Positions 56,907 through 64,000 of a stretch of DNA of 64,000 nucleotides are shown one piece after another. Below the pieces are notes generated by a model. That model did no database searches, was not told the origin of the DNA, and saw only the letters and a program-made list of their open reading frames with translations. Positions within the stretch are counted from its first letter, which is position 1, and the number at the start of each line of letters is the position of its first letter. A program made the translations under genes and the position numbers. The DNA is from Terrimicrobiaceae bacterium (GTDB lineage: Bacteria; Verrucomicrobiota; Verrucomicrobiia; Chthoniobacterales; Terrimicrobiaceae): NCBI GenBank assembly GCA_041752695.1, contig JBGSVZ010000009.1, positions 32,001-96,000 on the forward strand, read 5' to 3'.

Positions 56907-58313
56907 TCAGTCTTTCGGCCGGATGGCCTCGAAATAGCGTTTCACCAGAAGGCGCGAGCCGGCGGGGATTTCCTCCTGCGAGACGGCGTCCAGGGCGGCG
57001 GGAGCGGCGCTTTGGTAGGCAGATTTCCAGGCCCGGCGCGCGGCGGGATCGTCGCCTCCGGCCGCCCGCAACATCTCAACCAGCGACGCGCCATCGCCCA
57101 TCTGTCCGGCCACAAATTCCTCGGGGCCGCCCGCCTCGCTCAGGGCCGGGTTTCCTCCGCCCAGATCCGCTCCCTGGCCCAGATCCTTCTCGGAACCGGG
57201 CGCCCCCCCGGGTGGGGCATTGTCAGCCAGGCCGGACTCTGGTTTTTCTCCGCCGTTGGGCGCATCGTTCGGATCGCCCTCCTCTCCGGAATTTTCGCCT
57301 TCGCCGGATTCCCCTCCGGTTCCCTGTTTGATGTCCCGCAGGGCGGAAAGAAATTTTTTGCGCCCCTGGCCGTTGCCATCGCCTTTGGACGATTTCAAAA
57401 TCGATCCCAACTGCTGCCGGGCCTGTTGGTTCTGGGCGAGTTCCTGGAGTTTGCGGCTTTCCAGGTGTTTCGCCGCCTGTTCGAGCGCCTTGGCCAGGGC
57501 CTCCGAGTCGAGCTTCGCCACGCTTTCTGCGGCCCGCTGGTGATCTCCGGACTGCAATTCGGCGGCTAGCTGAGGGGAAGACCCAGCCAGGGCTTCGGCC
57601 AGCGCGGCTGTCTCGGCCGGTGACAGGGCGTCAGGACCACCGGCGGAGGAAAGCTTTCGCTCCAACTCGGCCAGCGCCCGCAGGGCATCCCGGAGGGGTT
57701 CGTTCGAATCGGGGAGATTTTTTATGGCCTGCGCGATCTCCTTCGCTGCTTGCGCCACTTCGGGATTTTCTTTTTGCGTGGCCGCCGCCTTCTGCGCCTC
57801 GTCCAGGATCTGGCGGGCTCCCGCCAGTTCATCAGCCAGCCCCGCCACGCGCAGGCGGTGAAAACTTTCCAGGCCCAGCAGCGCGAGGAGAGGAATCACC
57901 AGCCACAAAAAATTGCGCCCCGGGAATGGCAGCCTGAGATTTTTTCGCAGGCTCAGCGTTTCCGCGTAAACCGCCACTTCGCGATGCAAGGCGGCGGTCC
58001 AGGGCGTTTCCTCGGTGACCTGCCACTCGGTGGAAAAGCGATCCTTCGTCCCCATCCGCGCATCCACCTCCCGGGCCACCTCGCCCATCGACCGCCAGCG
58101 GAAAATGGCGAAAACCCATGCCGCCACCAACGGCAAGGCCAGCACCCAGGGAACCGCGATCAGCACCTCACGATGTCCCGCCAAGGCCACCCCTCTCAGC
58201 ACCACCACCGCGGAAAGCCCGGCCAGCAAGGCCCAGGCGGAGCTCTGCAAAAAGGTGTTCCCGACCAAACGACCGCGCGCTTCGCGGAGCTTTTGGCGCA
58301 CAATCCCATTCAC
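56907..58313 (-). CDS. MoxR-associated membrane protein with coiled-coil and Gly/Glu-rich tail
   Basis: N-terminal TM helices, DRFST motif, EEIPAGSRLLVKRYF end; 4 bp from moxR. Confidence 0.75.
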   Translation of the reverse strand: MNGIVRQKLREARGRLVGNTFLQSSAWALLAGLSAVVVLRGVALAGHREVLIAVPWVLALPLVAAWVFAIFRWRSMGEVAREVDARMGTKDRFSTEWQVTEETPWTAALHREVAVYAETLSLRKNLRLPFPGRNFLWLVIPLLALLGLESFHRLRVAGLADELAGARQILDEAQKAAATQKENPEVAQAAKEIAQAIKNLPDSNEPLRDALRALAELERKLSSAGGPDALSPAETAALAEALAGSSPQLAAELQSGDHQRAAESVAKLDSEALAKALEQAAKHLESRKLQELAQNQQARQQLGSILKSSKGDGNGQGRKKFLSALRDIKQGTGGESGEGENSGEEGDPNDAPNGGEKPESGLADNAPPGGAPGSEKDLGQGADLGGGNPALSEAGGPEEFVAGQMGDGASLVEMLRAAGGDDPAARRAWKSAYQSAAPAALDAVSQEEIPAGSRLLVKRYFEAIRPKD

Positions 58314-58406
58314 GCCTCCAACAAGAGCAAACCCCGGCGGAATTGCAATGGTGGAGGAAAAGCGGGATCCCGCAAGTCCCGGGCCGCCGCGGATTATCCG
58401 CCGGGA

Positions 58407-59453
58407 CTAAAGGGGCTTCTTCTCCGCCAACGCGATTTCGCCCACCTCGTAAATATCCTTCGCCAGACCCACAATCTTTCCATCCGGCTCACCGACCACC
58501 GAGTGGTCCTTGCCGGAATAGGGAATCGCGGTCAGCACAAATTTCATGGCATTAAGCCTCGCCCGCCGTTTGTCGTCCGAGCGGACAATCGTCCAGGGCG
58601 CATCCGCGGTGTCGGTGTAAAAAAGCATGGCCTCCTTGGCCTTGGTGTATTCCTCCCAGCGGGCGAGCGACTCCACATCCATCGGGCTGAGTTTCCACTG
58701 TTTGAGCGGATCCTTCGCCCGACCAAGAAACCGGCGCAGTTGTTCTTCGCGACTGACGGAAAACCAAAACTTAAACAACTTGATCCCGCTGCGCACCATC
58801 ATGCGCTCAAATTCCGGAGCCTGGCGCATGAATTCGAGGTATTCATGACCGGAGCAAAATCCCATCACATGCTCGACGCCGGCGCGGTTGTACCAGGACC
58901 GATCGTAGAGCACGATTTCGCCCTTGGTGGGAAGCTGCTCAATGTACCGCTGGAAATACCACTGACCGCGCTCGGTTTCCGTGGGTTTGGTGAGGGCGAC
59001 CACCCGCGCGCCCCTGGGGTTCAAATTTTCCGTGAAGCGTTTGATTGTCCCGCCCTTGCCCGCGGCATCGCGGCCTTCGAAAAGCAGGACAATCCGATCG
59101 CCCGACTCCTTCACCCACGCCTGCATCTTGACCAACTCAATGGCGAGCAACCCGGCCTCTTCCTCGTAATCGTCCCCATCCATCGGGGTGGAATAGGGAT
59201 AACTGGCATTAATGATGTCCTTCTTCTTCGCCTGACGGACTTTCTGAATAATGTCGTCGGGCACACTGCTGCGCACCTGCTCGGCAATCAACTCCACCAT
59301 GGGGAAAGACCCCGCCGTGGTGATCGCCTCGCTCATCAGCCGATGACGTTCTTTTTTGCGCTCCTTTTTGAGCTTCTTTTTCTCCGCCTTCCCTTTGGCC
59401 TTCGCGGTGAGGGGCGCTTCTTCGGTTTCCGCAGGCGTGAGCTCTTCGTCCAT
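58407..59453 (-). CDS. ppk2: Polyphosphate kinase 2
   Basis: FEGRDAAGKGG, QWYFQRY, DRSWYNR and WKLSPMD. Confidence 0.95.
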   Translation of the reverse strand: MDEELTPAETEEAPLTAKAKGKAEKKKLKKERKKERHRLMSEAITTAGSFPMVELIAEQVRSSVPDDIIQKVRQAKKKDIINASYPYSTPMDGDDYEEEAGLLAIELVKMQAWVKESGDRIVLLFEGRDAAGKGGTIKRFTENLNPRGARVVALTKPTETERGQWYFQRYIEQLPTKGEIVLYDRSWYNRAGVEHVMGFCSGHEYLEFMRQAPEFERMMVRSGIKLFKFWFSVSREEQLRRFLGRAKDPLKQWKLSPMDVESLARWEEYTKAKEAMLFYTDTADAPWTIVRSDDKRRARLNAMKFVLTAIPYSGKDHSVVGEPDGKIVGLAKDIYEVGEIALAEKKPL

Positions 59454-59519
59454 AAATGTTTTTAAGATGGGTGCGGGGGCAGAAAGAGCATCTCGCGTGC
59501 CATCCCGCACACGGTCCCG

Positions 59520-60551
59520 CTAAGCCCGGTCGCCATCCACTCCGGGCAACGGCCGCACCGGCATCACATTCAGCGCGCGCACGCGCTCGAAAACGCCCGG
59601 CGACACCTCCGGACTTTTGGCATAGGCCCCGAAAATCATTTCCAGACGCGCATCGAGATTGTCCACGTAATGCAAGGCGATGGCCTCTGGGGTCTTGGGT
59701 TCCACCGGGGAGCCGTATTCCAGCTCGCCATGGTGGGCGGCGATCAGGTGCAGCAGATGCAGCCTCACGTCTTCAGAGGCCGGCGTGAGCGTCTTCCACT
59801 CGTCGAGGGGCAGCTTGCGCCAGAGGGCATTGGCCACTTCGATGCCGATACTGATGTGCCCGAGCAACTCGCCGCGCAGTTCGCGCGGCATGTCGAAGCC
59901 ATTTTCCGGCGGACACATTTCCCAAAGCTTCCCGCTGTCATGAAAAAGCACGCCGGTCAGCAACAGGTCCCGATTGAGCACCGGGTAGGCCACGCAAATG
60001 CAGTCCGCCGTCCGCATCATCTGCGCGGTGTGGCGGAGCAGCCCGCCACGGAAGGCGTGGTGATTAAACCGCGCCGCCGCCGCCCGGCGAAAACGCAGTC
60101 CAAACTCGTCGAGGAACGCCACCGCCAGGGAACGCAACCGCGGGTCGCCGAGGCTTTCCACCAGGCTGGTGACCAATTCGAAATCCGCATCATTGGTTTC
60201 TCGGGTCGCGGCATCGCCATCGAACAAATCCTGCGCCTCCGCGGGCATCAGAGGGCGCATCGTCCAGCGCTGCGCCTCCAGACCAAACGCGCTGATGCCA
60301 AACTCGCCTTCCACCTGCACGGTGTCGCCTTTTTCCAATTCCTCGCAGGCGGTGAAATTCGGCGAGTTGTTCCAGGCCTTCAGCGACAGCGAATCTGTGC
60401 CGTCCCTCAAGCGGAGTTCAAAAAACGGTTTCCCATTCCGGTCCTCCTTGCGGACCAAGTCCTCGACCTGGGCGTGGAGACGGGCTCCCAACGTGCTGGC
60501 GCGGGCCTCGGTGCGGAGTTGGGCAACGGTCTTGCGGGCGGGGTCAGACAT
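59520..60551 (-). CDS. OB-fold + HD-domain 3'-5' exoribonuclease (YhaM/Cbf1 family)
   Basis: AAARFNHHAFRGGLLRH, FHDSGK, GHI, AHHG...YGSP and VDNLDA. Confidence 0.9.
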   Translation of the reverse strand: MSDPARKTVAQLRTEARASTLGARLHAQVEDLVRKEDRNGKPFFELRLRDGTDSLSLKAWNNSPNFTACEELEKGDTVQVEGEFGISAFGLEAQRWTMRPLMPAEAQDLFDGDAATRETNDADFELVTSLVESLGDPRLRSLAVAFLDEFGLRFRRAAAARFNHHAFRGGLLRHTAQMMRTADCICVAYPVLNRDLLLTGVLFHDSGKLWEMCPPENGFDMPRELRGELLGHISIGIEVANALWRKLPLDEWKTLTPASEDVRLHLLHLIAAHHGELEYGSPVEPKTPEAIALHYVDNLDARLEMIFGAYAKSPEVSPGVFERVRALNVMPVRPLPGVDGDRA

Positions 60552-60614
60552 GGGATTCTTTAACCACCGATTTCGCGGATGGGCACGGATAAAAACTCCG
60601 CCATCAGCCGCCCG

Positions 60615-62270
60615 TCAGGGTTTCGGCTCGGCGATCTTCGGCGCGAAAAACGTTGCGCCATTCTGGGTGTGGGTCCCGCCCAGGACATTGCCCTTGTCGT
60701 CGCGCTGGAATTCGATTGCCGCCTTCGCCACCTTCCAAACGAACCTGGTCGCAGACTCGGGAAAAATCGGAAACTTCGGCTGACCGCTGAGCTGGGCGTA
60801 GAGCTGGTTGCCGTCCTTCGTCACGGTCAGCACCGCGAGGGGACCATACTGATATTTCCCGGGGAGTCCGTCCAGGGACACGTTGGAGAGCGGGGCTTTG
60901 TCGTCCAACCGCGCCGCGCGAAAGGTGGCGTCGTTTTGAGTGTGACGCACGGCGACCACCTTGCCATCTGGATCGCTGACAAAATTCATCCGGGCATCCA
61001 CCACTTTGAAAAAGAACGCGTCCGGTCCCGATGGGAAAATTTCATACCGCTGCTGGCCGGTGAGCTGCGCAAAAATGCGCCCGTTTTCCACCGTCACCTC
61101 CATGATGCCGCTGCGATAGTCGTAGCGGCCGGCGAACGGGCCGAACGTGGCAGGATCAACCGTCGGGTCCATCGTCGGTGCGGTTTGTGAAATCTCATCC
61201 CTCAGGACAGCGTGGGCGACTTGGGAAAGGAGATAAGCCGGAACGACCTGAGGCGGCGGAGGCATGGCATTGCCCAGCACCGCGATGGCGAGCTTTTGGT
61301 CGGGAAACCAGGCAAGCCGACTGAGGAACCCATCGAGCCCGCCATTGTGCTCGATCACCGGCAACCCGCCAATCTCCGACCGATAGAGGCCAAAGCCGTA
61401 GGCGCCAACTCCGTCTTCCGGGTCCGGGTCTTCCGGGAACGTGCACATGGCCTGCAGGCTGCCCGGTTGCAAAACCCGGCCACCATGAAGCGCCTCCGTC
61501 CAGAGGCAGAGATCGCCCACGGTGGAAAACAACGCACCCGCGCCGCCCGCCCAACTCATGTCCCAATCCGTCGCGGGCGTAAATTTCCCCGCGTCGTACG
61601 AATACCCTTTTGCCACTCCGGGCGGCGGATCGGAATTGCGAAACACCCCGGTGGATTTCAAACCGAGCGGACGGAAAAACTCGTCCCGCAAAAACTGGTC
61701 GAACGCCTGGCCGGACACCTGCGCGACGATCTCGGCGAGGAGAAAATAATTCGTGTTGGAGTAGGCAAACTTTTCCCCCGGCGCGAAATCCGGTGGGTCG
61801 TCGCGGAACCAGGCGATCAGTTCCGCCGGCGCAATGGGCCGCGTCACACGGCTCGGGAATTCCGGCTTGGACGTATAGTTGGCCAGCCCCGACCGATGAG
61901 TCAGCAAGTGGCGAAGGGTGACCTTTTCCCCGCGGGGAAACTCGGGAAAAAATTTTGTCAGCGGGTCATCCAACGAAAGTCTCCCCTGCTCCGCCAAACG
62001 AAGCACCGCCGCAGCGGTGAACTGCTTGGAGACGGACCCGATGCGGAACGGCGTGTCCATCGTGGCGGCGCGCCCCGTTTCCCGATCCGCCAGCCCGGAA
62101 GCCCGTTGGTAAATCGTCGTTCCCTCCCGGTTCGACTGAATGACCACCGCCTCCCCGTCCGCAGGCAGTAAGGGGTTGAGCATTTCCTCCAGCTTCGCCC
62201 CATCGCCCGCCGTCCAAGACGGTCCGGCCAAAAGGACAAAGAAGGTGGCGGCGAGAAGCCAGCGGCGCAT
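60615..62270 (-). CDS. Serine hydrolase (AmpC/PBP-like) with two C-terminal DUF3471-like domains
   Basis: SVSK, YSN, HNG; duplicated GxY...AQLxGQ..FxIFP module. Confidence 0.9.
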   Translation of the reverse strand: MRRWLLAATFFVLLAGPSWTAGDGAKLEEMLNPLLPADGEAVVIQSNREGTTIYQRASGLADRETGRAATMDTPFRIGSVSKQFTAAAVLRLAEQGRLSLDDPLTKFFPEFPRGEKVTLRHLLTHRSGLANYTSKPEFPSRVTRPIAPAELIAWFRDDPPDFAPGEKFAYSNTNYFLLAEIVAQVSGQAFDQFLRDEFFRPLGLKSTGVFRNSDPPPGVAKGYSYDAGKFTPATDWDMSWAGGAGALFSTVGDLCLWTEALHGGRVLQPGSLQAMCTFPEDPDPEDGVGAYGFGLYRSEIGGLPVIEHNGGLDGFLSRLAWFPDQKLAIAVLGNAMPPPPQVVPAYLLSQVAHAVLRDEISQTAPTMDPTVDPATFGPFAGRYDYRSGIMEVTVENGRIFAQLTGQQRYEIFPSGPDAFFFKVVDARMNFVSDPDGKVVAVRHTQNDATFRAARLDDKAPLSNVSLDGLPGKYQYGPLAVLTVTKDGNQLYAQLSGQPKFPIFPESATRFVWKVAKAAIEFQRDDKGNVLGGTHTQNGATFFAPKIAEPKP

Positions 62271-62278
62271 GACAGGGC

Positions 62279-63364
62279 TCAGTTGAGGAGCTGGTACCAG
62301 GTGCTGCGCTGATGAGGTTCGTAGCCCGCTTCGCGAATGAGGCGCTCGATGTCCCCCTTGTTCAGGCGGAAGGTCGTTCCGGCACTGGAGACGACATTTT
62401 CCTCCATCATCACGCTGCCAAAATCGTTGGCGCCGTATTTCAAAGCGATCTGCCCGATCTTCGGCCCCTGCGTCACCCAGGAACTCTGCACATTTTCAAA
62501 ATTATCCAGGTAGATCCGCGAGAGGGCCTGCATGCGCAGATATTCGGCCGAGGTGACTGTCTCGGCTCTCAGGCGCGTGTTTTCCGGCTGGAACGTCCAG
62601 CAGATGAAAGCCGTAAACCCGCCGGTTTCATCCTGGGTCTCCCGGAGGCGTTCCAGATGTTCGATCCGGTCATCCAGCGTTTCGACATGCCCGAACATCA
62701 TCGTCGCGCTGGACCGCATCCCGAGCTCGTGCGCAATGCGCATCACTTCCAGCCAGTGGTCGCTGTCGCATTTCAGCGGCGCGATGCGGTTGCGCACGGC
62801 ATCCACCAAAATCTCGCCGCCTCCGCCCGGGATCGAACCCAGCCCGGCTTCCTGAAAGCGCGAGATCACTTCCCGCAGCGGCATGCCGAAGACCTGGGAA
62901 AAATGATTAAACTCCGGCGGACTGAACCCGTGAATATTGATGGCCGGATACTTCGCACGGATGTGCGAGAGCATGTTCAGATAAAAATCGATGCCGAGCT
63001 TGGGATGATGCCCTCCCTGGAGCAGCACCTGGACGCCGCCCTCTGCGGAAAGTTCATCGAGTTTTTCATCAATCTGCTCCAGCGAGAGCACGTAGTGGTC
63101 GTCGTCCTTTTCCGTCCGATAAAACGCGCAAAACTTGCAATAGACATTGCAGACGTTGGTGTAGTTGATGTTGCGGTCCACGATATAAGTGACCACGTCA
63201 TTACCCCGGCCACCGTAAGCGGCCTCCTTCGCCCGCATCCGTCGCTGGTCGGCCAGAGTTCCCAGTTCCTGCAAAGGCAGGCAATGCAGTTCCTTCGCGT
63301 CCTCGCGGGAAATCCGTTCTCCATCCAGCACCTTGCCCACCACGTCGTCCAATATCGCTGCCAT
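62279..63364 (-). CDS. mqnC: Cyclic dehypoxanthinyl futalosine synthase (radical SAM)
   Basis: DRNINYTNVCNVYCKFCAF, LQGGHHP, PGGGGEIL, QSSWVTQG and MMEENVV. Confidence 0.92.
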   Translation of the reverse strand: MAAILDDVVGKVLDGERISREDAKELHCLPLQELGTLADQRRMRAKEAAYGGRGNDVVTYIVDRNINYTNVCNVYCKFCAFYRTEKDDDHYVLSLEQIDEKLDELSAEGGVQVLLQGGHHPKLGIDFYLNMLSHIRAKYPAINIHGFSPPEFNHFSQVFGMPLREVISRFQEAGLGSIPGGGGEILVDAVRNRIAPLKCDSDHWLEVMRIAHELGMRSSATMMFGHVETLDDRIEHLERLRETQDETGGFTAFICWTFQPENTRLRAETVTSAEYLRMQALSRIYLDNFENVQSSWVTQGPKIGQIALKYGANDFGSVMMEENVVSSAGTTFRLNKGDIERLIREAGYEPHQRSTWYQLLN

Positions 63365-63373
63365 ACGGAAGAG

Positions 63374-63402
63374 ACTATGACACTCCCCGGGCGGGGGGTC
63401 AA
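63374..63402 (-). promoter_or_regulatory. Sigma70-like promoter for mqnC (TTGACC-17-CATAGT, extended -10 TG)
   Basis: The -10 ends 9 nt before the ATG, implying a nearly leaderless mRNA. Confidence 0.55.
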
Positions 63403-63459
63403 CGTGTCCGCAGTTTTACGTCAGGCGAGGGCGGCGGCAATCCCGCTGGCGGGCGGGTT

Positions 63460-64000
63460 TTACGCCGCGGCTACGCCAAAAAGATATCCCACCAGGGCCG
63501 TGAGACCCATGGCGATCACGCCCCAGAGAATAACCCGGAAGGCCGCTTTTGCCACCGGGGCACCGCCGGCCCGGGCGGCCAGCGCACCCAAAGCGCCCAG
63601 GAAAAAAAGCGCCGAAATCGAAACCGCCCAAAGCAAAAGCGGCCGGGGACTCACCGCGACGACGACCAGCGGCAAGGCGGCTCCGACGGCGAAAGTTCCC
63701 GCGGACGCAAACGCCGCCTGCACGGGGCGCGCCGCCAGCGTTTCCGAGACCCCCAACTCATCCCGCGCATGGGCCCCGAGGGCATCGTGCTTCATCAGTT
63801 GAATCGCAACCTCCCGAGCCAGGGGCTCGCCCAGGCCGCGTTGAACATAGATTTGCGTCAGCTCATCCAACTCGCCTTCCGCATCCTGATCCAATTCCGC
63901 CTTTTCCAAAAGCAGGTCGGCCTTCTCGGTGTCCGACTGGGAGCTTACGGACACGTATTCCCCCGCGGCCATGGACATAGCCCCCGCCGCCAGACCCGCG
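63460..64000 (-). CDS. VIT1/CCC1 family Fe/Mn transporter (3' part; starts beyond the window)
   Basis: AGAMSMAAGEYVSVSSQ, HARDELG and PVQAA. Confidence 0.92.
   Translation of the reverse strand, partial: AGLAAGAMSMAAGEYVSVSSQSDTEKADLLLEKAELDQDAEGELDELTQIYVQRGLGEPLAREVAIQLMKHDALGAHARDELGVSETLAARPVQAAFASAGTFAVGAALPLVVVAVSPRPLLLWAVSISALFFLGALGALAARAGGAPVAKAAFRVILWGVIAMGLTALVGYLFGVAAA

Noticed and set aside
60615..62270. Bona fide beta-lactam resistance gene
   Set aside because: The HNG motif and DUF3471-like tails indicate the broad serine hydrolase/peptidase group; resistance cannot be inferred.

Overview
High-GC chromosomal window, most likely from a Verrucomicrobiota (Spartobacteria/Chthoniobacterales-like) bacterium; this is inferred from the ACP sequence, the PEP-CTERM protein and the H-X9-DG-type prepilin, not from a database search. 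Most of it is housekeeping: prfC, purK, hisC, mnmE, pyrD, mqnD, mqnC, nuoIJKLMN, a 2-oxoacid dehydrogenase E1a/E1b/E2, rlmI-like, acpP, ppk2 and tRNA-Val. Accessory parts: (1) a LacI-linked locus with a discoidin protein, a prepilin-like protein, two paralogous beta-repeat surface proteins (only one with PEP-CTERM) and a clan GH-A hydrolase, with no transporter; (2) a TPR-ExbB-ExbD-ExbD operon ending in a TonB-like membrane protein whose C-terminal domain is a VWA domain; (3) a GluR0-like ligand-gated K+ channel; (4) an LpxL-WaaF fusion; (5) two PIN-family toxin-antitoxin pairs; (6) a REP-rich variable patch holding a frameshifted LuxR HTH remnant. Short repeats also sit in frame inside genes: a 60-bp GTAG-type REP doublet in an SNF2 helicase, and heptamer arrays in mnmE and in a signal peptide. 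No CRISPR array, rRNA, integrase or transposase was seen. All calls come from motif recognition by eye.
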